DNA of 64,000 nucleotides from Magallana gigas. Lineage: Eukaryota. The first letter of the stretch is position 1. Every line of letters begins with the position of its first letter. A program made the translations under genes and the position numbers. This document shows positions 1 through 12,245 of this stretch, piece after piece. The notes under the pieces were generated by a model. It saw only the letters and a list, made by a program, of their open reading frames with translations, did no database searches and was not told the origin of the DNA. The stretch spans positions 54,002,001 through 54,066,000 of the forward strand of contig NC_088856.1 of NCBI RefSeq assembly GCF_963853765.1, read 5' to 3'.

Positions 1-1382
1 TTTGTTATGCGTCCAGGTTTTTGTTACTTCTGTTATGTTCATTTACGCCGCCGCCCGATAGAAGGAAAATATTCTAACACAGATTCAAGATGAACACCAG
101 AGGGTTAGAAATTGACAACTTTTGTCACAACACTTTTTGGACAAAGTTTGGCGAAGAAGTACACGCTAATGTGTTAATGCTTAAACTCATTAAATTCTCT
201 GCACCTTTTTTTCTATCTACCTTTATCTTTCATGCTTATTTAATTGACTCATTATATGCTGTTACTAAGTATTTAAACGTAAACGTATGGAATACAAATA
301 AATATCGGGTCGAATTTTGGGGGTTGATGTTTTACATTGAAATACCGAAATACTCAAAAACTTTTTTACCGGAAAGCTACAGCTTATGTTGAAGCATCCT
401 CAGGTGATGTATATTCATGTTTGTTTAAATCACAAACCTTTGGGGTGCGGTGGAGCCACAATGGCGGGGGTAAAATTGAACATAGAAAAAAGAATTATAT
501 TACTCCTAAAAATCAAACGTAGCTATATAATATGGTATTACGTATATGCAAGCTTCTTTAATCAATGACGTTTTTGTTAAATCAGTAGTAAGCTGAGATG
601 TTGAAAGAGGGGTCGGAGACTGAGGGGATCCAAAATAGTTTTACCTATGATTTTCAAGCAAAATTGGCAGTTTTAAATAAATCCAAGATGGCGGCGATAT
701 GTAATTTTTGTATTATTAGGTAGAGTGCATATATATCCCCCCGGGGGGATACACTCATTAAACTCATAGAAACTCATAGAAATTACTAAAAATTTCCTTC
801 GATCTATAAAATCATATATTATTAAAACAAAATTTTTAAAACTCCCCTTCCTAAGCAAAAATGTAGGGGTGCCAATTTGTTCAGTTTCAACTTTCATGTG
901 TTTTAGAAAAAAAAATTAAAATTTTATGGAATGTATTTTTCAAAATCTAATGTTTAGTTTGCTTTAATTCATTCTATCAACAAGAAAAGAAGGCAATCGC
1001 AATTGTATAACAGCTAAATCAAATTCTTTCTGTTATTTTCCTAACCCTCCGCACCGCCGTCAAATTTGACAATTGTTTTGAAACATGTACCTCTCTAAAG
1101 ATGTAAACATGCGCTGCAAGGAGCTGGTGTACTTTATTTATGCTTCTACATAACACAGTACCCTATAAGTCCCATCAGGGAAGTCCACAACGGGTACGTT
1201 GTGCAATGTAACATTATATTTTCATTTTTCAGTGTCTGCGCCTGTAATAACACTACGCATCGGTTTTTTACAGAACAGTTCAGTAAATTCAAAATGACCT
1301 AGAACTGGGGCGCAAGCGGGGTTTCCTTATTGATATTCAAATATTTAATCGTGCAAATGCTGAACATTATATAAATATAAGT

Positions 1383-1526
1383 AATAAGGAATCATTCTTT
1401 GAATATTAGGAGGTAATAATTTCAGGGCGTTGTGAAATCTGTCATAAAGCCCTTTGGGCTTTTTGGATTCAATCACGCCCCGACCAAAATTATCACCTCG
1501 TAATACCCAAAGAATAATTCCTTATT
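1383..1526. mobile_element. About 145-bp imperfect palindrome (hairpin) of a dispersed repeat, Crypton-like non-autonomous family (inferred)
   Basis: Left arm aataaggaatcattctttgaatattaggaggtaataattt pairs with right arm aaattatcacctcgtaatacccaaagaataattccttatt around a central aaagccc-ttt-gggcttt. A decayed copy lies at about 6612-6770. Family assignment is from recollection of bivalve repeats, not a search. Confidence 0.55.
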
Positions 1527-1693
1527 CCTTAATTGTCTCCATACACGGTGGAGTACCTTAAAGACTGCTAGCGGTGAGAAACGCCTTCAATATTTAACGG
1601 TTGCTGGTTGATACAGATTTCAAGGGTCACGCGCAAAACCAACGAAACGTGTCCAAAAATCAAGTAAGTTTTCAAACAATCCGTGATCACTAA

Positions 1694-2060
1694 ACATCAT
1701 CATCGCAAGCCATGGGTTTACGATCCACTCTGCCCTTCCACATCATCGCAAGCCAAGGGCTTACGATCCACTCTGCCCCTCCACATCATCGCAAGCCAAG
1801 GGTTTACGATCCACTCTGCCCCTCCACATCATCGCAAGCCAAGGGTTTACGATCCACTATGTCCCTCCACATCATCGCAAGCCAAGGGTTTACGATCGAC
1901 TCTGCCCCTCCACATCATCGTAAGCCAAGGGTTTACGATCCACTCTGCCCCTCCACATCATCGCAAGCTAAAGGTTTACGATCCACTCTGCCCCTCCACA
2001 TCATCGCAAGCCAAAGGTTTACGATCCACTCTGTCCCTCCACATCATCGCAAGCCAAGGG
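1694..2060. repeat. 43-bp minisatellite, about 8.5 copies (acatcatcgcaagccaagggtttacgatccactctgcccctcc)
   Basis: Period 43 read directly (catcatc at 1741, 1784). It explains the repetitive ORFs 1683-2072 and 1712-2140. Confidence 0.95.
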
Positions 2061-2248
2061 TTGATTATCTAGGAGCAGAGGGGATCGTAAGCCCTTGGCT
2101 AGCGAAGATGATGGAACATGAAATGAATCATTGTCATTGATAAGAATGTGATTTGTAATACTAGTATGTATTAATACTAGTATAAGTAACCGAATGTAAA
2201 GGAATTTCCTAAGTGTGACGCATCAAAAGGTACTTAAAACAGTTTTAT

Positions 2249-2249
<1 letters not shown>

Positions 2250-2309
<60 letters not shown>
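2250..2309. repeat. Compound (TC)n(TA)n microsatellite
   Basis: Direct reading. Confidence 0.95.
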
Positions 2310-4671
2310 CCCCCACTGATTTTGTTGGCTCCGAGATGTAAAAATATGTGTAAATCTATTCGATTCATTAGGAAAGACCAATTTAACAAGAAAGTATATT
2401 GTAAAAGAAACTTTTGAATTGCAAATATATGTTTTTTAATTACGGATGCTATTAGGAATATTGGATTGTTAACATCAGCAATGAAATGAAAACAATACAC
2501 AGGCTGCTTCATAAATGTTTTGACTAAGCGGAGGAAAAGTCATATAAAAACTATTTAGGGGAGAGAGGGAGTGTTCATTGCTTTTTGTTTGATACGAGAT
2601 TAACCAGAGAATAATTACTACGGCAATTACTACTACTACTACCCGTGGTGAATAAAACTCTGCAACTTTTTCTATTCTTTTTAATTTGTTGTTTCTTCTA
2701 CAAAAAGATTAAGAACATTTGAGGGTACAACATAAGAATCACCAAACCTACACAAAAAACGCAAGAATAAAGAAACTGTTTGTGATATACGGAGTGCTTT
2801 GACGTTGGTGGTAACGATCGACAGCCTTCACAGACGTTTCAAATTTAAACTTGAATTGTAAAAAATTGTTCCATTTCTACATTATTTCCCCCCCTCTTTT
2901 ACGTTTTATTCCTCGTTAGCGGGATATGTAGTTTTTTCTGCAATGATCCCTATCGTCATAACCAGCATGAATCACCAAAGAAAGCATTTTATTGATTTTA
3001 TTTACATCTTTCTTTAAACAAATTAATAAACTGATGTAAAAAGTTGGTGAATTAAATAATTACTGATTTTGTGCATCTATGAATCATGTTTGTTTAAACA
3101 ATAAAATTGTTTCTTTGATGATTCATGCAGGATATGAAGATGGCGACTTTGCAGAAAATTTTCATTAAAATCCGCCCGTAGACCACCCGTGGAAGCGATA
3201 AGTTGTGACTAAGGCTATACGTTAGCGGTTATGTAATTTTTTTCTGCAATTATTGCTACTTTCAAAACCCGCATAAATCATCAAACAAAGCATTTTATTG
3301 TTTACACAAGTTTATTTACATCTTTCTTTTAACAAATTAATGATTCCGAATTAATTGTAAAAAGTAAGTAAAATGACTTAATAACTGTTAATGTTCATCA
3401 GTACGTTAGCTAAAAGAAACAGCCAAGTCGTCTCCTATGAAAATTTGAGTCTGACTTTATTATGAGCATTTCGTACAGTCCGTGATTCTTCTTGGGTCGA
3501 TGTATGTTTCGACCAATTGATAAATGGGGTGTGTAGATTTCAGTCCTGTCAGTTTCAGTCCCCGTAGGTTTCGACGAATCGATCAACGGGGTGTGTATAT
3601 TTCAGTCCTGTCAGTTTCTACAGAGCTGTGAATTAACTGTCAGTTTCCGGAAGAAATAGAGGGAATCATACTCGGTAGATGTAGAAATAATGCACTTAAA
3701 TAAGGACGTTTTTAAATGGGTATCACGTCATCAATTTCAGAAAGTGGTTATATGGATTCGGAAACTTACATTGTGTGAATCACACTTTGTACAACAAACA
3801 GAACCAAGAAAAAAAAATGGATATTTATACAATAAACTACAAAACACTTTGCGTATTTTGATTCTTGTCGTTAAGGTTGTAAATCGGCTATGGTTTGGAA
3901 TTTGTAATTATAAGTATGGTGTCTGAACATCATCGTAACCTCTATTTTGATAGGTAGATTTTTTAATTAAACATAGAATGGCATCTAACTAACCCTAAAA
4001 AAAATCTTTATAAAGGTAAAAACAGATTTTTAAATAATATCTTTCTTCTAGGCGACGTCAAATCTTTAATAAATTAGGCCAATTTCATGAAAAGATAATG
4101 ATTTTTAACTGTTTGAAATAGCGGAGAAATAAATACAGAAACGCAAGATTAGTTTCTGCTAATCTTAAACTGACATTCAACGATCTTTTTGATAAGTTTA
4201 ATTTGATATTTAAGTGAATTAATTTCATCAATTTATTAAATACTTTTATTTATGTACTTTAAGTTTATGAATACAATACACGGACGCCTTTATAGGCCGT
4301 GTACAATTATTCATTCACTCAAGTAAGCTTAAATCAACAGAATTGATGTAATTCTATTCTTAAGTAATGCTTAGCTCAATACAACTAAACTAATCTCTGC
4401 TTAAGTAATAAAAGTATATTTTTATTTTTTGGACTGAGAAATCATTGACCTCCAATCAGAGCTCTGAGTACTAAATAATCCAAATTGTATGTACTATAAA
4501 ACCATGCTCTTAATCTGGAAAAAGTCCACATGAGCCACCCTCCGCGCAGAGGAAAGGTAGATCTTTCAAACCGTCGACTTACTTCCTAGGTTATTCAACG
4601 GAACACAAAAAAGAGGTCCTAATTACTTTGACGGTAATTTTTATGTGAAGTTTGGAGATTAATTAGTTGAG

Positions 4672-4992
4672 ATGATTTCTGTGAGCTTGCAGTGTTTTGG
4701 ACTTTTACTTTTCGCTTCCGTCGCCCTCGCCACCCACCTGAACTATGACATTTCAACGTACAGAACCACGATGACTTCTCTTCTATCAAACTACTCCAGC
4801 AAAGTTCGGCCCATCGTAAACCAGGGCCAGTCGCTACAACTGCAACTCAGCTTGTGGATCGCCGGAATTAATGACGTCAGTGACGTCGACTCGAAGATGA
4901 CCACCACGGGGTACTTGTATGTTAGATGGAAGGACGAACTACTCAACTGGGATTCGACGGCGACCGGGATGTTTTGGATGCAGTTTAATCAG
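4672..4992 (+). CDS. nAChR-like exon 1 (107 codons)
   Basis: ATG at 4672, GT donor at 4993, N-terminal ligand-binding-domain motifs. Confidence 0.9.
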
Positions 4993-7900
4993 GTACGTTA
5001 TGCATGTCGAAGAACTAATGACGTAGGTTATGACATTGCATGGAAAACGTAAGAGTAACGTGTCATCTACGGCGTTCCTTTCAAGGTCACATTGTATTTT
5101 ATATATAATTGATTTTATATATAAAAATTGTAAATTTCATGACCCCTTGGGAGGGGGTTTGGACACCAAAGAGGTGTCCTTTCTGATATAATTAATTTTA
5201 ACAAATAAAATACACAGTCGTCATATTTCATGTTTTATTTGTTAACATAAATCATATCAGAAAGGATAGTGGGGCCCCTCGGCAGCACAAGAGTACCGCG
5301 CTTTTCCATCCTTCACTAGTTTCAGCCTTCACCGGAAGCGTTAATGGCTTAATTGCAAAGTCACATGACTCCGATGTATCTAGAATAAAAACGGTTTTCC
5401 AACAGCAACCCAAAATGTGCTATTGATACAGTGTTAATCCGTGTAATGGGGGTCGGTGGGCTGTCATTTTAAATAACATCCAGCTCTTGAATTTTGATAA
5501 AAGGAATGAGTACACGTTTATTAGAAAAGAAAATAAATGAAGCTGTCTATCAATATTAAACATACATGTACATGTATCATGAAAGCCTCTGGCAGGAGTT
5601 TAGATAGGGTATGTAACAGTTAAAATAGTTATCTTTTTTATTCATATTTGATGATTTATATTGTTAATAATGTAATTAAGAAGTAGAAAGATTAAAAAAG
5701 TTTAACAAGTGTTTTATTTATACAAAAAAAACTAGAACAGTTTTTTGATTTATTGGAAGATTTAACTAAATTAGTTATATGTTTTTGCATAACTTTTCTA
5801 TCCGACTTCATTCTAGTTAGAACCATTTTAACAAGACCTTGGACTTTCAATAGGACGTAGCTATCTAATTCTTGCGTCAAAACAAGTTTAAAATGACGCG
5901 GTTCCAAGCGAAATATGCACCGATTGCGTAGTCTTAGCTCAAAAGCCAGACAACCCTTGATGATCTCAAAGAGCCATGGGTGCGTGGCCAGCAATGACAT
6001 AGACAGGCCTACGTCACAGTGCTGTTTGACACCAACTAACCAAAGTCCAAGCTTAAGCTCTTGTTAAAATGGTTCTATATGCACAGTATTGTAGCATTTA
6101 TAACAAGCAATTTATTTCTGTTTCACTAATTGTACTATAATTAGTAATGTTGTAAATGCCATCTGTATGGCGTTGAAAAAATATTTTGTATACAATAAGG
6201 AGAAGACTATTAAAGTTTATTAAAACTTGTGTCCGAACCTTTTGGCAGCAAATAGTCAATAAAATATGTTAATAATACAATAGTAAAGTAAAAATTGGCT
6301 AGTCAAGAATTTTTAGAAAAAAGCCAGATAGTGTCAATGTATTGTAGGGTAAATTACTGAACAGGTAAATCTGGACATCCGTGCAAACAGCATATTCGAG
6401 TCTAGATATACGACAAATATACAGCTTTTGTCCACCCCCCTTGTTTTCGATAAGTACCTTCAAAACAGTGGTTACAATATATTTACATATTCCAGTGTCT
6501 TTGTCTGTGATAACACAACGAATCAATTTTGTATTGTACAGTCCAATGAATTTAATTCACGTACTGGCGGATCACAATTGGGGTTTAAATATTTAATCGG
6601 GCATATAAATTTAAGTTATAAGGAATTATATTCTGAATATTGTGAGGAGATTATTTAGGTCGGGGTGTGATCAAATCTATCATTAACCCCTCCCTTCCGG
6701 CATATTGGATTTGTTCACGCACATCAACATTATCACTTCATAAAATTCAAAGAATTATTCCTGAAATAAATAGACCTTGTACAGTAAAACTAGTTTATAC
6801 ATGTAGCGAAGTCCTTGGGACCAATGGATTTACTTCGTTTTATCCGTAATTAGTTATAACTGTCTATATAACTAATTTGTAATCATTACTATAGCGAATT
6901 CACTATATACATGTTTCCTTTCACCAGACTACATTTTTGGCTAATTGAGAGGGAGAATGAAATAAAATAACACTTTTTTGAGACCTGTAATAATCTGATT
7001 GTGAATAGAAGAATTTTTGTAAAAATAGATTCATTCAAATTATTATGTTAAAAAAGTAATGCAAACTTTTTAAACTGTAAAATAATTCGTTATAAAAGTG
7101 TTGAATTTCGTTAATACCAACCTTTACAGGACTCAAAATTAGTTTGCCATATCCGTAAATTCGTTATATCCGATTTCGTTATAACCGTAAAATTTTGCAA
7201 AGATTTGTTAAGAATTTTACCGGGGATTCCAAACAAACCCCCACCCCCCCCCCCACCCCCATTTCCGAGAATTCGCCATATATCCGTGTTCGTACTAAAT
7301 AAGTTCTACTGTATCAATAACTCAAGCGGTAATTATCAATCTGAAAAAATATGTATCAAAAATAATATTAATTGATAGCTACATGTATAAATTTATTACC
7401 GAAAATGTTTTTTCTTCTTCAATTTTTCAGAAAGACATATGGGTTCCTGATATTGTTCTGAAGAATGGGTTTACGGATTTCAAAATGATGGGCGGTGATT
7501 TTTACTACCTGTATGTGTATAACGATGGTTGGGTGGATTGGTATCCTTACAAGGTGTTTGAAACATCCTGCGAATTGGACGTGACGTACTACCCTTTTGA
7601 TCGTCAGACCTGTAACATTATTGTAAAGTCCTGGAGCTATTCGCGATGGGAAGTCAATTTCACTTTAAACGATCCAAAAATAGGGTTCGATGAATTCGTC
7701 CCAAACAGTATTTGGCATTTGGACTCGTATGATGCTACAACTGATTATTCACAGGAGAGCACCGACATCAAATTTATCTTAAAACTCAAGAGAAAATCTC
7801 AATATTTTATTATTAATCTTGTTATTCCAATAATCCTGGTTGGTATTTTAAATATTTTCGTCTTTGTGATCCCTGCAGACGCCGGAGAGAAAATGGGATT

Positions 7901-8393
7901 CTCCGTGACCATCTTCCTGACATTTGCCGTATTTTTGACCATTGTAAGTGGGGAACTTCCAAAAACTTCAGATTCCATATCCATTCTAAGCATTTATCTG
8001 ATAATCGAGTTAGGAATCAGCATATCTTCCATCATGGCTTCTGCTCTTCAACTTGGCATTCATCACAGAAAATCTACTCAAGAAATAGGTAAAGGATTTC
8101 GTATATTGATCAGAGCCGCGGAGCGATTGAGGTGCAAAGGTAAAGCAGGCGGAGCAGTAACCGGATGTTGTCCGAAACCATGTGGAAAGCAAATCCACGT
8201 TAAGGAATTGACTGTAAGGAAGCGTGAGAACACTTTGAAAGTGGACTCTTCTGCGTTGGAGGAAGACGAGGAGGAGGGCAAGGAGTGGTCAGATGTATCG
8301 TCTGCGATAGATTTCTTAGCTTTTTTTGGCCTGATCTTCTTCCAGTTATTGGTGACCATTATTTTGTTCAGTTATGCTGCCGCCTCTGGTTAA
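4672..8393 (+). CDS. Cys-loop ligand-gated ion channel, nicotinic acetylcholine receptor-like non-alpha subunit; 2 coding exons, 427 aa
   Basis: Exon 1 4672-4992 (signal peptide, YSSKVRP, W-x-D-x-x-L-x-W) ends CAG|GTACGT. Exon 2 7431-8393 starts ttttcag|AAA, phase 0. Motifs: WVPDIVL, Cys-loop C-x13-C (CELDVTYYPFDRQTC), four TM helices, M2 GEK motif. Confidence 0.95.
6612..6770. mobile_element. Decayed copy of the 1383-1526 hairpin element in the nAChR intron
   Basis: ataaggaatt...tgaatattgtgaggagattatttaggtcggggtgtgatcaaatc ... attatcacttcataaaattcaaagaattattcct resembles both arms. Confidence 0.5.
6782..7311. mobile_element. Tc1/mariner (pogo/Tigger-like) MITE
   Basis: TA|CAGTAAAACT...AGTTCTACTG|TA: imperfect TIRs, TA TSD, internal ttcgttata repeats. 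Confidence 0.7.
7431..8393 (+). CDS. nAChR-like exon 2 (rest of the ECD, M1-M4, stop)
   Basis: Pyrimidine tract plus AG at 7429-7430, KDIWVPDIVLKNG, TAA at 8391-8393. Confidence 0.93.
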   Translation, partial: KDIWVPDIVLKNGFTDFKMMGGDFYYLYVYNDGWVDWYPYKVFETSCELDVTYYPFDRQTCNIIVKSWSYSRWEVNFTLNDPKIGFDEFVPNSIWHLDSYDATTDYSQESTDIKFILKLKRKSQYFIINLVIPIILVGILNIFVFVIPADAGEKMGFSVTIFLTFAVFLTIVSGELPKTSDSISILSIYLIIELGISISSIMASALQLGIHHRKSTQEIGKGFRILIRAAERLRCKGKAGGAVTGCCPKPCGKQIHVKELTVRKRENTLKVDSSALEEDEEEGKEWSDVSSAIDFLAFFGLIFFQLLVTIILFSYAAASG

Positions 8394-8883
8394 CTGTGAT
8401 GTGTTGAAATGCTTAAAATATAGAACAAAAACGCTATCAGGATACCGTTGACATACATTGTTATACAATGAAACAAGAATATTCGAGATGTTTAACTACG
8501 ATAAAATTGACAGTTTAAGTCATACACTGATATTTACCGCTACTGAGTATGATTCCCTCTATTTCTTACGATTTGTTAATTCATACCTCTTAGAAACTAA
8601 CAGGTCTGAATTCTGCACGCTCCGTTTATCGATTGGTCGAAACCTAAAAATCACGGACTGCAAGAAATAATCATGATAATGTCAGACTCAAATTCCCTTA
8701 AAGAGACAGTACAGCTGAAAACATATGTGTGAATAACTTCAGATTTACCTATTGTACCGTTAGAAAATAAGAAATGACGTTGATTGTAGTAGTTGAAATA
8801 CATAAAAATCCCTTTTACATACTTAATTAAAGTAATTATGAGCTTCCGGAAATTTAAGGGCCGTACAAACCGGAATAATCTTA

Positions 8884-9872
8884 TCTATACTACTATATTA
8901 AAATAATAGACTCAAAGTTTTGGTCTTTAATACCGATAAATCGGAAGAATACTGTCTTTTGTTTTATTTATTCTAAACGTCATTGATACTTGAAGATTAC
9001 CAACTTGTTTTTATTTTTTCTCAGTAAAGCTTCTATAATTAATAATTAACGAAAATTCCTTAAAAATATACCGGAAATCATCTGGATTTTTTGGATTTTA
9101 CAATCTTGCGCTTGGACAATACATTCACGCTAACGGGATCTTTAGTTTATGTTCCACAATATCATTTTTGCATGAACAAACTCAGAAAAGATAATACAAA
9201 TACGGGTAAATTTTCATTGTATTTTGCTTTATTTTCTGTTTATATATATATTAATGATTTCTTATGAGAGAAAGTATAAAATAACAAATAATTTATACAT
9301 TTCAACTAAGTACATGCACTTACTTTTGTCTTCGTGATGACAAAAAATATTTGATTACATGCAAAAAAAAATCACATTATATTTCTTAAATGAGTGAAGA
9401 TAGAATATGTTTTATCGTTAAAATGAATAATGTTTTACGATAGAATGCATTCCGGTTATTGTCTCTGTAGGAAAGAAAATACATGTACGTTGGTGAAAAA
9501 GTGTTGAATTCTTCCATTATATGGATTAACATTTTTAAATGAAAGGTATTTACAGTCTCAAAAAGGTTAATTATGATGAATTTGACTGTTATTTTCAAGG
9601 CAACTTCATTAATTTTCTCTAAAATCGTTCCGGGGCGATTCTGCAATTTTCTGCTAGACATTACGGGTATATGGAAAGCATTCTAACTGTGGTGAGGGCC
9701 TTTCCCGAGACACGCTTAGTTAATTCAAACTAAGAAAAGGTTAGTGAAATTAATAGCATTATTGTAGGCTTATAGCTTTGTTATGTCAATAATACGGTGT
9801 GTCGATGTATCTATTTCGTAAATTATGTCCGATATGCAATGTCAACCCGTGCACGCACGGGTCAAAGTATAG
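8884..9872 (+). mobile_element. Non-autonomous Helitron
   Basis: A|TC 5' end, 3' hairpin ACCCGTGC-AC-GCACGGGT (9845-9862) followed by TATAG|T (CTAG-like end), no TSD. Confidence 0.65.
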
Positions 9873-12027
9873 TATCGTTTAGTTGTACGACGTGGAATTG
9901 ATTGACAGTAATTGACACGTGCTGAAAACTTCAAGATCTTCATTCGACTTCGGTTATCATGGTATACGAGGTAAAAAAGAGACTATCTAAACGGAACACA
10001 TCCTAACTTACTCGATAATTTATAAATGGTTTACCAATTTCGGTTCATTTTAAAATGAACAGACATAAATATGTCAAATAACCCATCAAGGGACCTCATT
10101 TACAAAAAATATGAATTTAGGTTGAAGCAACTCACTTATAAACATGAAAAATACATGCTTACAAAAATAATTTTGGTTGTTTTAAAAACTTAAGACAATT
10201 ATTACCTGGGAAAAGATTAAAAAACATACTTTTATCAACAAACATGTCCAGGAGAATCTGAAGAAGGTAATGGCCACATATTGTGTCTTTAATATGGATT
10301 CATTCGTTATTTTAAGTTTTTATTTTATTCAGAATTACAGGGATCTACCCCGTGTTGTTTTCAAAATACGCGATGACGTTGGCCCTGTGTTGAGTACAAC
10401 ATATTCCTTGTATTTGATTTCTTGCGAAAAAAAAAATATATATAGAACATGCTGATTTGCGGTTTTTTTTTTGGTTTAAAATTCCTGACATCTGTGAAAA
10501 AAGCGAATGCAGGACTTAAAAAAAAGAAAATCTCAAATTATACTGCTTCGTTAGGGAATGGAGAGAGTCTTAAAAATGTAAAAGGGTGCGAAAGTGTAGG
10601 CATTTACTGTGAAATCCACAGGGGCCAAGCCCGTTTTAACATTAATTTCAAAGTAACCATAAATAAAGAAAGGTACATTGGAATTAATTTTTAAACACGC
10701 TTGGTCCCTGTGGTGAAATCATATAAATTCGTGAGCGGCCAATTTTCACGGATTGTGGGTTTATTTTTTGTTTTTGTTTTGCTTATTCGTGAGGGTGTTT
10801 TTTCTTGGATGCGTTAGGTTTCAGTAAGAAAAATATAACTTTTTCCAAATTTGTTTTCGTCGAGGATGTTAATTCTGTGGAAGACTAACCACGAATATAA
10901 CGAAAACTGAGCCACTTTGAATTGTAATGATTCGTATATAGACGATATAGCTTTGATGAGCAATGTTTCATGTAAACATGATCTTAATCTTTTTCCTATA
11001 GATCGCCGTTTTGGCAAAGGAAAAGTGAATAATAAGAAACTCGTACATTAATGGGAAAAACAGGTTTATTGGATAAATATATCATAATGATCAATAAGAA
11101 ATACTTTGTTTTCATTGGACAACAGAAACAATATCCATGGTAACACACCAAAGGTGCTTGTCGTGAAAAGGAAACAAGAATGGAAAACTAAAAGAAAAAC
11201 CCCAAAAAGACTATGTATAAATCAACAGATGTTGGCTTGTTCACATCAACATTAGTGCACTTAGAAATCACTATGTAAAAAAAAATACTACAGTAAATGA
11301 CATTGTTTTCAAAGTAAATAATGATAACTCTGTCAAAAATAATAAATAATAATATATCTTTGTTGAGTACCGTTTTAAACGCAGAAATAAATTGCAAGGA
11401 TTAAAAAAACCAGTTGTACAATAAGGGGAAACTTGTGTTAAACCGCAAACATTTATCTAATGTCTTTCATATACATACAGTATTTTGGACAAAATATTAT
11501 CTCAGCTTGATGTGTCAGGATATATATTGAAAGTTTTTTCATCTACATTATATTTTGAAACACAAATGCGACATATACTTTCGTTAAAGATACAATATCT
11601 TTGTAATTTTAAATGTGATTAAAAAGTCATCGGAATGTCAAAGTGATAGTTAAGTAAAAAAAAACAACATTGAATTGAATCAGCCTAACTATAAGTTTTT
11701 ATAAAAAATTTAATACACATTGAGAAATGTACAGAATAATTATTTGAAACAAATCTCGGAAAAGGATGAAATATAAAGCGTAGACAAACGCATCGAGAAT
11801 ATACAAATATAAATGTAAAAATAAATTCCAGAGATTTATATCACCTTGTCATAAAATAGTAATACAATGAAAAGACAAAACAAAGAAAATAAAAAAAAAA
11901 TATAAAAGGTGATCGGTTAACAAAAAACCCCATAATAGTAAAGCTTACGTATAAGATATCAACAGAATGCTAAAACATCAATGACTGGGACTATAGAGTA
12001 TAAATATAAAAGAAACCGAGTGCTAAA

Positions 12028-12245
12028 TACTGTGTACAGAGAAATATTCGCCCTCGTTTTATTTTCGCCCCTTTCGCCCTTGCTGTTAGCGGGCGAATTT
12101 CAGACTGCGCTAATCTCAATGTTTCAAATACTATCTCCTTCAACACAACTGTGTGTTGGGGAATTCAAGACTGGGCAAAACTGTTTGCACGCGTAGAAGG
12201 ACGTGAATTACTAGTACATTGGACGAAATTAACCATCAATACAAA
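12028..12245. mobile_element. Decayed TACTGT-ended MITE
   Basis: Starts tactgtgtacagagaaatattcgccc, with internal ttcgccc/gggcgaa inverted motifs; right end eroded. Confidence 0.4.

Noticed and set aside
1683-2140. ORFs of 129 and 142 aa
   Set aside because: Translations of the 43-bp array cycling through three frames.
5692-6000. 102-aa minus ORF in the nAChR intron
   Set aside because: No recognisable motif; overlaps the arm of an inverted repeat.
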